The notes under the pieces are model-generated. The model saw only the letters and a list, made by a program, of their open reading frames with translations, did not search any database and was not told the origin of the DNA. From Calditrichales bacterium (GTDB taxonomy: Bacteria; Calditrichota; Calditrichia; Calditrichales; J004): 64,000 nucleotides of DNA. Shown here piece by piece: positions 39,301 to 49,090 of this stretch. The stretch is from positions 3,040,001-3,104,000 of the forward strand of contig OZ254086.1 in NCBI GenBank assembly GCA_965267575.1, written 5' to 3'. The translations under genes and the position numbers were made by a program. The stretch's first letter is position 1, and every line of letters begins with the position of its first letter.

Positions 39301-39587
39301 TGGTCACCTCACGGCGGGTCAACACGCGCGGCAACCAGTTTATGAAATTTCTGACGCTGGAAGACCGCCTGGGCCTGATGGAAGTGGTACTATTCCCCAA
39401 AACCTATGCCCGCTGCGGCCATGTGCTGCGCAGCCACGGCCCCTACATCGTGCGCGGAAAAGTGCAATCGCGCCTGCCCGGCGAAGCCAATATCATCGCC
39501 GATGATGTGCAACTGGTACAGGTGGATAAACACGACCTGGAGGAGTTGCTGAATCAAAGAACGGTACATGAATACGGGTTGTGGTGA
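36396..39587 (+). CDS. dnaE2: DNA polymerase III alpha subunit, probable error-prone DnaE2
   Basis: Start MSAFVHLHTH; PHP domain; GRGSAA.S.V.Y, PPDIDVD, RHLSIHPGG, C-terminal OB fold; short C-terminus. Confidence 0.8.
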   Translation: MSAFVHLHTHSYYSLLDGVASPEELIIAAKKHGMRALALTDHNGLYGAVEFYRLAQEYNLRPIIGAELTLSDGGQVVLLVKDNAGYRNLCQLISQGRFNGGHLQFELSQKEIIKHKEGLILLSGGHKSAVNRCLAQRDVDGAAAKIKRWRDLFAEDFYLELQHFDANDTLANLRLRDLAVEHHVPLVASNDVHFVSIKDWQLRRTLHAIDANTTLEKVQTAGSSEQFLKSPAQMEELFKAFPGALSNTQRIAAACTFEFSLGKAVFPSVELPRGESSFSWLWKKSFEGATERYQPLTREVTRRLQYELDVIHRLGFAEYFLIVKDIVDFCHREHIPCVGRGSAADSLVSYVLQITQVDPIRHNLYFERFLNPERTDPPDIDVDLCWKNRDRVIEYVYDKYTKQRTAMICTFNTFQNRSAIRDVAKTHGLPEDEIGRITKYLPHSTISDVEEVVNTLPEMRELRHNLALYEEILRTAQRIADFPRHLSIHPGGVIIAPDNITWHTPLEIAGKGIVIAQYDMYSIEKLGLVKMDLLGVRSLSIITDCIREVTRDPEKHKKRSFAGRGVPDFFLRNSATLSPLDLRTIPEDDPEVTAFIRSGLTLGCFQLESPAMRGLIRKMLIEGVEDVITAVALIRPGASGAGGGMKELYIKRRAGMEPTEYIHPSLEPALGETYGVSIYQEQVLQMAHHVAGLSFAQGDTLRRAMTKSRNRKEFLKVRQAFVEGAISRGLSPEQAEQVWQFLYNFSGYGFNKAHSATYGTIAYQTAFLKYYFPVEYMCAVLNNHGGFYSRSAYIEEARRMRIRLLPPDVNRSQRVFTVEEDAIRCGLEPVFELTERTIEAIVKQRREREFVDLFDFIRRTRAGEKEVGHLIKAGALGSIHPSQPQLMLLKDLFFKNNKKAPLATFVAGSTRLPQYNTYQRVLNEITTLDFALSDHPLCLFEEQLNGQKFVASNALEEHGGKTIHVCGWLVTSRRVNTRGNQFMKFLTLEDRLGLMEVVLFPKTYARCGHVLRSHGPYIVRGKVQSRLPGEANIIADDVQLVQVDKHDLEELLNQRTVHEYGLW

Positions 39588-39698
39588 CATTTCCCCGCAC
39601 AGATGCGATTTGCCCAATTTTTCTGCTGTACGATATTGTAATTGAAATTAGATTTGTTATTCTTCAAGAATGGTTTCAGCTAAAGAGACAGGCATGCC

Positions 39699-40949
39699 GT
39701 GCAGCGACTTGGCGGACTATTAATTCAAATCTGGGCTTTGTTGATCAGCATACTGGTGCTGGTGCTGGGTAATGGCTTGCAGGGCACGCTGCTCGGGGTG
39801 CGCGCCAGTCTGGAAGGCATGAGCCAGCAAAGCGTCGGTTTTATGATGTCGGCCTACTACCTGGGTTACCTTGGCGGATCGTTTTTGTCGCCGCGCTGGA
39901 TTATTAGGGTGGGACATATTCGCACCTTCGCCGCCCTGGCTTCCGTGGCATCGGCGGTATCACTGGCGCACGCGCTTTTTGTGAATGAGATAAGCTGGAG
40001 CATTCTGCGTGTTATTTACGGGGCCTGTTACGCCGGCCTGGTGCTGGTCATCGAAAGCTGGCTAAACGGCAATACCGATCGCACTTACCGTGGACGTGTT
40101 TTGTCCATCTACGGCATCCTTGTGCTGACCGCCTGGTCCGGCAGCCAGTTTTTACTGAACGCCGCGCCGCCCGGGGGGTTTGAATTATTCTGTCTGGTAT
40201 CGATACTGCTTTCCTTTGCGCTTGCGCCGGTTACGCTGGCCCGCATCAGCGCGCCCCCGGTAAGCGAAGCCCGCCCCATGACCATGAAAACGCTCTATTC
40301 CATTTCCCCGATCGGCTTTGCCGGAATTTTTGCCATTGGCTATGGCATCAGCTCGGTTACCACGATGGGGCCGGTTTTCGCGCAAAACATCGGCCTGGAC
40401 GCGAGTGACATTTCGCGCTTTATGGGTATCCTGCTGGCAGGAGCGCTTTTCCTGCAATGGCCGCTGGGGTGGTTGTCGGACATGCTGGACCGCCGCTGGG
40501 TTATCGTAGTCACTTCGCTCGTAGGGGTCGTGCTGGCCTTTTTACTGGCCGGTGGCAGCTTTTTCCCGCTTACGATATTGTTTTTCCTGGCTTTTCTATT
40601 TGGCGGGATGCTGTTGCCGGTCTACTCGCTATGTATTGCCCACGTTAATGATCTGATAGACGAAGAGAATATAATTTCCGCAGCCAGCACGTTGCTGGTA
40701 GTCTTTGGCGTCGGCTCGGTTATTGGCCCGTTAAGCTGCGGCATTCTGATGAATGCGTTCGGGCCCGGCGCGCTTTTTTACGCCGTGGGGCTGATCATGC
40801 TTGGTTTTGGCGCCTTTTCACTGCTGCGCTTGCCGGCCTGGCCCAGCGTGGAGGCGGAAGAGAAGGACCCGCATATTTATATTCCCCGCACCAGTCCCGT
40901 TGTGATAGAAATGGACAACCAACGCGCACCCGCCGAAGAGCAGGCCTGA
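39699..40949 (+). CDS. MFS transporter (YcaD-like)
   Basis: GNGLQGTLL, RVGHIR.FAA, ESWLN, QWPLGWLSD..DRR. Confidence 0.88.
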   Translation: MQRLGGLLIQIWALLISILVLVLGNGLQGTLLGVRASLEGMSQQSVGFMMSAYYLGYLGGSFLSPRWIIRVGHIRTFAALASVASAVSLAHALFVNEISWSILRVIYGACYAGLVLVIESWLNGNTDRTYRGRVLSIYGILVLTAWSGSQFLLNAAPPGGFELFCLVSILLSFALAPVTLARISAPPVSEARPMTMKTLYSISPIGFAGIFAIGYGISSVTTMGPVFAQNIGLDASDISRFMGILLAGALFLQWPLGWLSDMLDRRWVIVVTSLVGVVLAFLLAGGSFFPLTILFFLAFLFGGMLLPVYSLCIAHVNDLIDEENIISAASTLLVVFGVGSVIGPLSCGILMNAFGPGALFYAVGLIMLGFGAFSLLRLPAWPSVEAEEKDPHIYIPRTSPVVIEMDNQRAPAEEQA

Positions 40950-41138
40950 ACATCCGCGCCATTGCCTTTAAACATCCGTTTTATATATTTTGGGCCAGAT
41001 TGTAGCGGACGCACGGTTGCAAATGTGGGCTATAAATTAGTGAATGCCCGATAGATCAAAGATCGAGATCATGATCATGATCAAAACATTAAACGCTAAT
41101 ACGTTAACACCTTAGCACACAAAACCATCAGGCACGCT

Positions 41139-42872
41139 GTGGATATCATCTTACTGATTATCGCCGTTTTTGCCGGCTATAAACTGATGTACCGTTTTTA
41201 CGGTCGTTTTATCAGCGGCCGTATATTTAAACTTGATGAAAGCCGCAAAACACCCGCCGTTGAATTTGAGGATGGCGTGGATTACGTGCCAACCCGTAAA
41301 GAGATCATCTTTGGCCACCACTTTACCTCCATTGCCGGAACAGGCCCGATTGTCGGTCCGGCCATTGCCATTATCTGGGGCTGGGTGCCGGCGCTGTTGT
41401 GGGTCTTCATCGGTTCTGCGGTGATGGGCGCGGTACATGATTTCGGCTCGCTTGTAATTTCCCTGCGCAACCAGGGTAAATCCATTTCCGAGATTACCGC
41501 CCGCTATATCAATCCGCGTGTGCGCCTGTTCTTTTTCCTGTTGGTTTTTCTCGCTTTGTGGATCGTAATTGCCATTTTCGGATTGGTTATTGCGATTATC
41601 TTTAACATGTACCCGTCATCCGTTTGGCCGGTATGGCTGCAAATCCCCATTGCCGTTTTGCTGGGCCGCCTGATCTATAAACGGGGAGGAAACGTTACGC
41701 TGTGGACGCTGGCCGCACTGGCCGCACTGTATGGTTTTGTCATCGTGGGTTATTTTCTGCCTTTTGAGATGCCGGCGCTATTTGGCATCCCGCCCACCGG
41801 CGTGTGGACGATCATCTTGCTGGCCTACGCCTACTGGGCTTCGGTTTTGCCGGTAACCACGCTATTACAGCCGCGCGATTTTATCAACGCCTACCAGCTT
41901 CTTACCGCCATGCTGCTGCTTGTTTTGGGGGTGATTGCCTCATTGCTGTGGGGCGGCCTGGAGATTGTGGCGCCTGCGGTGCAGCTGACACCCGCGGAGG
42001 CTCCGCCGATGTGGCCGTTTCTGTTCATAACCATCGCCTGTGGCGCGATTTCCGGGTTCCACTGCCTGGTTTGTTCCGGCACAACGGCCAAGCAGCTGCG
42101 CTCAGAAAAAGACGCCTTGTTTGTGGGCTACGGCTCCATGCTGGTGGAAGGCAGCCTGGCCACGCTGGTAATTATTGCCGTTGCCGCCGGGATTGGCCTG
42201 GGTTATACGACGCCTGCCGGCGAAACCCTTTTTGGCGTGGAAGCCTGGAGTCGCCATTATGCTTCCTGGACCGCCGCGGCAGGGCTGGGCTCCAAAGTGG
42301 CCGCTTTTGTGGATGGATCCGCCAACATGATGGCCGTTCTGGGCATCCCCAAAGGTATCGGCGTGGCGCTGATGGGGCTTTTTGTGGCCTCCTTTGCCGG
42401 CACCACGCTGGATACGGCCACGCGCATCCAGCGCTACGTCGTTGCCGAGCTGGCCACGGATATGAACATGCCCAAACTTGGCAACCGCCATGCCGCCACC
42501 ACGCTGGTTGTGGTGAGCGCGGCCATCCTTGCTTTTGCCAGCGGGGCGGACGGCACCGGGGCTCTGGCCTTGTGGCCGCTGTTTGGCGCCGTTAACCAGA
42601 CGCTGGGAGCGTTGGCGCTGGTAGTGGTTACGGTCTATCTCAAACGCCATGCCGCCGGCTGGATGTGGCTGGTTGCCGGCGGACCGGCGATCTTTATGAG
42701 CGTGATGACACTGTGGGCCAGCATCCTCAACCAGGACATTTTTGTGGAGCTCAATGCTTTGTTGCTGCAGGTGATTAACCTGGCGGTTATTATAATCGTC
42801 GCCTGGGTGATCGTGGAATCACTGCTAAAATTTTTCAAAACCGAACCGGAAAGCCGAACAGTGGAAGTCTGA
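41139..42872 (+). CDS. cstA: Carbon starvation protein A family transporter
   Basis: DGVDYVP, FGHHF.SIAG.GPIVGP, ITIACGAISGFH, WPLFGA.NQ. Confidence 0.92.
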   Translation: MDIILLIIAVFAGYKLMYRFYGRFISGRIFKLDESRKTPAVEFEDGVDYVPTRKEIIFGHHFTSIAGTGPIVGPAIAIIWGWVPALLWVFIGSAVMGAVHDFGSLVISLRNQGKSISEITARYINPRVRLFFFLLVFLALWIVIAIFGLVIAIIFNMYPSSVWPVWLQIPIAVLLGRLIYKRGGNVTLWTLAALAALYGFVIVGYFLPFEMPALFGIPPTGVWTIILLAYAYWASVLPVTTLLQPRDFINAYQLLTAMLLLVLGVIASLLWGGLEIVAPAVQLTPAEAPPMWPFLFITIACGAISGFHCLVCSGTTAKQLRSEKDALFVGYGSMLVEGSLATLVIIAVAAGIGLGYTTPAGETLFGVEAWSRHYASWTAAAGLGSKVAAFVDGSANMMAVLGIPKGIGVALMGLFVASFAGTTLDTATRIQRYVVAELATDMNMPKLGNRHAATTLVVVSAAILAFASGADGTGALALWPLFGAVNQTLGALALVVVTVYLKRHAAGWMWLVAGGPAIFMSVMTLWASILNQDIFVELNALLLQVINLAVIIIVAWVIVESLLKFFKTEPESRTVEV

Positions 42873-42879
42873 AAAGCCT

Positions 42880-43407
42880 ATGCTGATTTTTAATCTTACC
42901 GAAACGATAATCCTTCTTGAAAGGACACCGCGCGTTCTTAATGCAATGCTCTCCGGTTTGCCGGACAAATGGCTTTATGCCAATGAGGGCCACGAAACAT
43001 GGAGCCCGTTTGATATCGTCGGTCACCTGATCCACGGCGAAAAAACCGACTGGATAGCACGCACACGTATGATTTTGGAAAAAGGTACTTCGCAGCCATT
43101 TAAACCATTTGACCGCTTTGCCCAATTTGAGGAATCAAAAAATAAAAGTATTTCTGATCTACTCGAAGAATTTGAACAGCTCCGAAAAGAAAACCTGCAC
43201 GCTCTCAGGCAATTAAATCTCACACCTGCCGATTTACAGAAAAAAGGGCTCCATCCCGATTTCGGTGAAATTACTCTGAAGCAGCTCCTGGCAACCTGGG
43301 CAACCCATGACCTGAGCCACATCAGGCAAATTTCCCGTGTAATGGCCAAGCAGTACAAAACAGACATCGGCCCCTGGGCAAAATACCTGCCTGTTGTAAG
43401 CGAGTGA
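42880..43407 (+). CDS. DinB family protein
   Basis: WSP.D.VGHLIHGE..DW, W..HDL.H..QI. Confidence 0.85.
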   Translation: MLIFNLTETIILLERTPRVLNAMLSGLPDKWLYANEGHETWSPFDIVGHLIHGEKTDWIARTRMILEKGTSQPFKPFDRFAQFEESKNKSISDLLEEFEQLRKENLHALRQLNLTPADLQKKGLHPDFGEITLKQLLATWATHDLSHIRQISRVMAKQYKTDIGPWAKYLPVVSE

Positions 43408-43583
43408 TATGGCGGATTCTTTGAAGACTTGACGATCTTTTTGTTTTAAAAGATAAGCCCGTTTTATGTTTAATAGACGCCTGATAGCAAAAACATTTCC
43501 TTTTAATACTTCGTCATTGAATTGCTGAAGGTCTGCTCATATCTTTTTAAAGTCTTTTTCAAAAACCAGAGCTAAGAAAGCAA

Positions 43584-45722
43584 ATGCGTTATCTTCTTAT
43601 TTATCTGTCCCTATTTCTAATAATTTTGGCGTTAAGTGCCCAGGAAGCCTGGCAAAAGCTGCCCGGCCCACCAGGGGGTGTAGTACGTTCTATGGCCACT
43701 TCAAAGAACGGGGATGGACGAATGGCTCTTGGGACAATAGATGGCCGGGTTTATTACAGCTTTAGCGGGGGAGAAGCCTGGGTGCGTAGCCCTCGCATTT
43801 TCAATACGTCAGTTGAGGGTTTAGTATATAATCACGACGGCGGTCTATGGGCCGCCGTTTATGATTTGGGGACCTGGGTATCCCGGGACAATGGAAAGGT
43901 ATGGCAGGAAGAGCGTTTTGTAGCTGATGAAGACGATTGGAGTATAGAGGCCGATGATCATTTAAATATCTATGTTGGAACGGCTCACAGCCCTGAGGAA
44001 GTATTTCGTAGCGCTGACCAGGGGAGTTCATGGGCTCGTATATTGCGAAACCAAATTGGTGAAGTAGATGATATATATTTCTCTAATATAAATAGGCTTT
44101 TTGTGTCAGGTGCCAGCGGGTTATATTATAGCGATAATCGGGGAAATAGCTGGTATTCTGTCGGCGAAATGATTGACAAGCATTCCGCTATTAGAGTAAG
44201 AGGTGCTGATAGTATTTTTTACGCCTTGACGGAAAATGTGGGGACATTTATTTCGAAGAACTCAGGCAAAAACTGGAAGGAAACTGATTCTACGGATGCG
44301 CTTCGCAACTCTTTCGCAAATGATATGGTCGTGTTAAATGATTCCACTGTTTTTATAGCAACGGATTTTCGCGGCCTTTTGAAGTCTCAAGATTATAGTT
44401 ACACATTTTCCGAAATACCCTGGCCGGCGGAGGACGGTTGTTTCTCGAACCTATTATTGGATTCAAGCAATATACTGTATCTTACAACCTGCGGTGGCGC
44501 TGTATGGCGCTCGCTTGACGACGGTCATTCCTGGCATGAATGGAGCGCCGGAATTTTTAACAGCCAGATAAATGGCATGGCGATAGATGCGTCCGGTGCA
44601 ATTTACGCTGCTGTTTGGCGGGCAGGTGTGTACAAAAGCGAAAACGGCTCGGGTTGGCTCAGCATGAGTAATGGCATAAGCACGGCCGATATCCACTCCA
44701 TTCTGGTCACCCAATCCGGAGATTTGTTTGTGGGCATCGCACGCCCGGACCTGCTGCAAGTCCCTATACAACGCGGTTTGTTTAAATGGAATACGGACAG
44801 CTTGCGCTGGACAAAGTGGGGCGAGTTTGGCGACGCGCCTGTACTCGACATAAAAGAAGATGTTGAGGGTACCCTTTATTGCAGGCTTTCCACGCGTGAA
44901 TTATTCCGGTCTTCTGACAATGCCCAAACCTGGACAAAAATATCGGGCAGTAACGCAGTCTCCAGTTTTGAGTCAGACGATCAGGGTACGCTTTTTATGG
45001 GCACGGAGAACGGACTGGTTTTCCGCTCCAATAATAAAGGCGATTCCTGGGAAGAGATTACGACCGGGCTGGCCCAAAACCACCGCATCACATCTATCGA
45101 AGCTTCTGACGATGGCATGTTGTATTGCTCGCTGGCCGGGGGCGGAGTCTACCGCTCTTTCAATAAAGGCGATGTGTGGCAGGAGGCCAACGCCGGCCTG
45201 ACTGAAGATGCTATTTTAAAAGTCTCATCCACGCCGCAGCTTGAGCTTATTGCCGCCGGCTACGCCGAGGGCGAGTTCTGGTTATCCGATGATCTGGGCA
45301 ACAACTGGACGTACATCGGCGATCAGCTGGCCAGGCTGGAATATGCATCGATTGCTTACGACCGGCAAGGCTATATCTATTTGGGCACCAACGAGGGCAT
45401 CTGGAAAAGCACTGACACCCTGTTAACAGCCCTTGGTAACCTGCAGAATACGCTGCCAACCCGTCCAACGCTGGGCGCTAATTATCCCAACCCTTTTAAC
45501 CCGCTCACAAGTATCCCCTTTGAACTGCCGCGGCCAGGTCACATAAAGCTCGAAATATTTGACGCCGCCGGCCGCCACATTACAACCCTGCTGGATGAAC
45601 AGCGTCCCGCCGGCAGACATCTGGCCGTTTTTGACGGACGCAGGCTTTCATCCGGTGTATACTTTTACAGGCTATCGGCCCAAAGCTATTCTCAAACACG
45701 CAAAATGTTACTGGTGAAATAA
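43584..45722 (+). CDS. Secreted BNR/Asp-box beta-propeller protein with a C-terminal secretion (T9SS type A-like) sorting domain
   Basis: Signal peptide, many S.D.G.SW repeats, C-terminal NYPNPFNP...LSSGVYFYRL...KMLLVK. Confidence 0.85.
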   Translation: MRYLLIYLSLFLIILALSAQEAWQKLPGPPGGVVRSMATSKNGDGRMALGTIDGRVYYSFSGGEAWVRSPRIFNTSVEGLVYNHDGGLWAAVYDLGTWVSRDNGKVWQEERFVADEDDWSIEADDHLNIYVGTAHSPEEVFRSADQGSSWARILRNQIGEVDDIYFSNINRLFVSGASGLYYSDNRGNSWYSVGEMIDKHSAIRVRGADSIFYALTENVGTFISKNSGKNWKETDSTDALRNSFANDMVVLNDSTVFIATDFRGLLKSQDYSYTFSEIPWPAEDGCFSNLLLDSSNILYLTTCGGAVWRSLDDGHSWHEWSAGIFNSQINGMAIDASGAIYAAVWRAGVYKSENGSGWLSMSNGISTADIHSILVTQSGDLFVGIARPDLLQVPIQRGLFKWNTDSLRWTKWGEFGDAPVLDIKEDVEGTLYCRLSTRELFRSSDNAQTWTKISGSNAVSSFESDDQGTLFMGTENGLVFRSNNKGDSWEEITTGLAQNHRITSIEASDDGMLYCSLAGGGVYRSFNKGDVWQEANAGLTEDAILKVSSTPQLELIAAGYAEGEFWLSDDLGNNWTYIGDQLARLEYASIAYDRQGYIYLGTNEGIWKSTDTLLTALGNLQNTLPTRPTLGANYPNPFNPLTSIPFELPRPGHIKLEIFDAAGRHITTLLDEQRPAGRHLAVFDGRRLSSGVYFYRLSAQSYSQTRKMLLVK

Positions 45723-45957
45723 GTAAATATATTGCGCCTCATCCTTGAGGTCACTTTTAGCTTTAGGTGTTGTCTTACCTCATGGTCATGAGCTGTCCTT
45801 CCATCTAGATTTTGTATAAAACTTGCTGCTTTGGCTGAACCAAGGCACTAAGTTTAAATTAAAAAAACTGTTTCCGGGGTTAGCGGTAGTCCGTATATTT
45901 AACCGTATTTCTGATCTGCACCTTTTACCAAATCTCTAATCATACAGCGGAGGTCCT

Positions 45958-46416
45958 ATGTTCAAGGAGTTCAAAGAGTTTGCTATGCGCGGCAACGTGG
46001 TCGACATGGCGGTTGGTATCATTATCGGCGCCGCCTTTGGCAGCATTGTCAAATCTCTTGTAGCGGATGTTCTGATGCCGCCGATAGGTTTATTGCTTGG
46101 CAATGTGGATTTTGCCAATCTCTTTGTGGTAATCAAAGGTGGTACAATCGCCGGGCCTTATCTGTCTCTGCAGGCAGCGCAGGAAGCCGGAGCGGTAACC
46201 GTCAACTATGGCGTCTTTTTGAATAATGTTATCAGCTTCATTATTGTGGCTTTTGCTGTTTTTATGGTCATCAAATCTTTGAACAAGATGAAGCGCAAGG
46301 AAGACGCTCCGCCGCCACCGGAACCTACTGTTAAAGAATGCCCTTATTGTAAATCGACGATTGCCATCCTGGCCACGCGCTGTCCCAATTGCACGTCGCA
46401 ACTGGAAAACAAGTAA
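45958..46416 (+). CDS. mscL: Large-conductance mechanosensitive channel with a C-terminal zinc ribbon
   Basis: [17 protein letters not shown]-terminal CPYC-x10-CPNC. Confidence 0.95.
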   Translation: MFKEFKEFAMRGNVVDMAVGIIIGAAFGSIVKSLVADVLMPPIGLLLGNVDFANLFVVIKGGTIAGPYLSLQAAQEAGAVTVNYGVFLNNVISFIIVAFAVFMVIKSLNKMKRKEDAPPPPEPTVKECPYCKSTIAILATRCPNCTSQLENK

Positions 46417-46604
46417 CAAATAAACAAGTCCGGCGGAATCTAACGGCTCCGCCGGATTATTTTTAGCATTCTGGAAAGCCCTGTTTTAGACCCCCCTCTT
46501 AATTCATAAACCGACTTTGCTATTTAATTAAGTCTATTAAAATATCTCTTCGTATATTCCGGTGTTTCTCCCTGCATTCTCATAAAACAATACAGGAGCG
46601 CATC

Positions 46605-47060
46605 ATGGAAAATTTTCAGGACTGGATGCATCCGGCCCTTATCTGGTTTGTAATCGGTCTTATCCTGTTGATCATAGAATTCATCAATCCGGGTATTGTG
46701 ATTATTTTTTTTGGTTTGGGCGCCTGGGTGGTCGCATTGATTTGTCTGTTTTTGGACATATCGATCAACGTGCAGCTTGTCGTTTTTCTGATCACCTCGC
46801 TTCTTTTCCTTGTCAGCCTGCGCAAATGGTTTAAGCAGCTTTTCGTGGATCGTTTCGTTGAAGAGAGCAGCGAGGAAGATGAAGATGATATGATTGGTAA
46901 ACAGGCTGTTGTAATAAAAGCCATAAAGCCCCGGGTAAAAGGCCGGGTTGAATTTCGCGGCAGTCACTGGGACGCCGAAAGCGAAGAAGAATTGCCTAAG
47001 GGCAGCAACGTGGAAATCGTGTCTAAAAACAATATTACTCTAACTGTAAAAAGAATTTGA
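46605..47060 (+). CDS. NfeD family protein
   Basis: Three TM helices plus OB-fold GRV..RGS.W.A; adjacent to an SPFH gene. Confidence 0.88.
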   Translation: MENFQDWMHPALIWFVIGLILLIIEFINPGIVIIFFGLGAWVVALICLFLDISINVQLVVFLITSLLFLVSLRKWFKQLFVDRFVEESSEEDEDDMIGKQAVVIKAIKPRVKGRVEFRGSHWDAESEEELPKGSNVEIVSKNNITLTVKRI

Positions 47061-47073
47061 AAGGATCCGCGTC

Positions 47074-48006
47074 ATGACGCCTTTTACTTATATCCTGCTG
47101 GGACTAATTCTTATTGTCCTGATTGCTTTTGTTAAAACATTTCAGATTGTCCCGCAAAGAACGGCCTATATCATAGAACGTCTGGGAAAGTACCGTATCA
47201 CATTGGAAGCAGGTTTTCATATACTGATTCCGTTTTTTGACAAGGTCGCTTATAAACACACCCTGAAGGAACAAGCCATAGATGTACCACCGCAGACCTG
47301 TATTACCAAAGACAACATTGCCGTTGAGGTGGATGGCATTTTATACCTGCAGGTAACCGATGCCAAGCGCGCAAGCTACGGCATCAACAATTACCAGTTT
47401 GCCTCCACGCAGCTGGCCCAAACAACCATGCGCAGCGTGATCGGAAAACTGGAACTGGACAAAACCTTTGAAGAACGCGATGCGATCAACTCGGCCATCG
47501 TCGAGGCTGTAGATAAAGCGTCCGATCCCTGGGGCGTGAAGGTGACGCGCTATGAAGTTAAAAACATTGTGCCGCCGCAAAGCATCAAAGACGCCATGGA
47601 GAAGCAAATGCGCGCGGAGCGTGAAAAACGCGCCACTATAGCAGAATCCGAAGGGGACAGGCAAGCCAAAATAAACCGCGCCGAAGGCGACCGCCAGGAG
47701 CTAATTGCCCGCTCCGAGGGTGAAAAACAAAAACGAATCAATGAAGCCGAAGGACGGGCCGCGGAGATTGAGAAGGTTGCCGTAGCCACGGCGGAAGGCA
47801 TCAGGCAAATCGCCCTTGCCATTAACGAAAAAGGCGGCAGTGAAGCCGTAAACCTGCGCGTGGCCGAGCAGTATATCCAGGAGTTTGGCAAACTGGCCCA
47901 AACCAACAACAGCATGATCATCCCCAGCGACCTGTCGGATATGGCCGGGCTGATCGCTACGGCAATGAGCGTTATAAAGAAGGATAGCCAGTCCGGCGTT
48001 GCCTGA
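47074..48006 (+). CDS. SPFH/stomatin-like (QmcA/paraslipin) protein
   Basis: ERLGKY, ITKDN, AQTTMRS.IG, QM.AEREKRA. Confidence 0.93.
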   Translation: MTPFTYILLGLILIVLIAFVKTFQIVPQRTAYIIERLGKYRITLEAGFHILIPFFDKVAYKHTLKEQAIDVPPQTCITKDNIAVEVDGILYLQVTDAKRASYGINNYQFASTQLAQTTMRSVIGKLELDKTFEERDAINSAIVEAVDKASDPWGVKVTRYEVKNIVPPQSIKDAMEKQMRAEREKRATIAESEGDRQAKINRAEGDRQELIARSEGEKQKRINEAEGRAAEIEKVAVATAEGIRQIALAINEKGGSEAVNLRVAEQYIQEFGKLAQTNNSMIIPSDLSDMAGLIATAMSVIKKDSQSGVA

Positions 48007-48078
48007 TGACCGTGCAGCTTTTATACACGCGCTTTTATCCTTAACAAAAAAAGTGCCCTGAATCGTGAGCTCAGCTAA

Positions 48079-48097
48079 TTGGCATCAAACTTGTATT
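48079..48097 (+). promoter_or_regulatory. Putative sigma54 promoter
   Basis: TTGGCATCAAACTTGTATT (GG-N10-GT) ~50 nt upstream of the DUF4382 gene. Confidence 0.55.
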
Positions 48098-48143
48098 CTT
48101 ATAATAGAATCGTTTATAAATAGAGAATATAAGGAGTTTGGTT

Positions 48144-48977
48144 ATGTACAGATATTTTATCATTGCATTCATGCTGATTGCCGGGGTGTTTTTATACAAC
48201 GCCTGCAGCGAAGCCGATGACGGTGTAGGCAGCGGCGACAGCGGTACATTGAGCATTCAGGTGACGGACGCCCCGTTCCCGGTGGATTCCATTGCAAAAG
48301 CCGAAGTAACGATAACCAAAATCGAGCTGCGCCACGCCGACAGCACGGACGGCTCGCCGTTTGTAACCGTATTTGAGGGCAGCTACACTTTTAACCTGAT
48401 TGACCTGCGCAACGGTGTTGTCGCCAATCTGCCGGACGTTGAGATTCCCGTGGGAACCTACGATCTGGTACGAATCTATATCAGTGACGCGTCGGTTGAG
48501 ATGAACAATACGACGGTCTATGATCTGAAAATACCGAGCGCTGCTTCCTCCGGCCTGAAGGTTTTTGTAAATCCCGCGGTAGAAGTTGTAGGCGGGCTCA
48601 CCAGCGAACTGCTTTTGGATTTTGACCTGACCAAATCGTTTGTTGCTCGTGGTAAAATCGGCCGCCCGGGCTTTAATGGTTTTATTTTTAAACCGGTGCT
48701 GCGCGCCGTAAACCGCACGATGACCGGCCGCATTGGCGGTGAAGTGACCGATACGGCAGCCGTAGCAATCGCTGGCGCCCAGGTCTGGATTGAGCAGGAT
48801 AGTGTCGTTTCGAACACTTTTACCGATTCGCTGGGACGATATGCCCTTATTGGCCTTCCTGAGGGCACTTACGACATCCATGCCACCAAGGCCGGGTACG
48901 ACACAGCAAGTTTTTCAGGAATTCAGGTTGTACGCGGGAACTTAACTATCCAATCGTTTGTATTAGAAAACGAGTAA
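48144..48977 (+). CDS. DUF4382 lipoprotein with carboxypeptidase-regulatory-like domain
   Basis: Lipobox NAC; TDAP, PS...SGLK, LDFD..KSF, KPV.R; TDS.G.Y...GLPEGTY. Confidence 0.85.
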   Translation: MYRYFIIAFMLIAGVFLYNACSEADDGVGSGDSGTLSIQVTDAPFPVDSIAKAEVTITKIELRHADSTDGSPFVTVFEGSYTFNLIDLRNGVVANLPDVEIPVGTYDLVRIYISDASVEMNNTTVYDLKIPSAASSGLKVFVNPAVEVVGGLTSELLLDFDLTKSFVARGKIGRPGFNGFIFKPVLRAVNRTMTGRIGGEVTDTAAVAIAGAQVWIEQDSVVSNTFTDSLGRYALIGLPEGTYDIHATKAGYDTASFSGIQVVRGNLTIQSFVLENE

Positions 48978-48998
48978 CAACTCCTACCCCCCTGAGTA

Positions 48999-49028
48999 AG
49001 CGGGTGCTTCGGCACCCGCTTTTTTTTT
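48999..49028 (+). terminator. Intrinsic terminator
   Basis: AGCGGGTGC-ttcg-GCACCCGCT then T-run. Confidence 0.85.
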
Positions 49029-49090
49029 ATATTTCCATCCATCCTTCTTATTTTTTCCCTTTAAGTACTTTTTTGAACGGAACGTTTATT

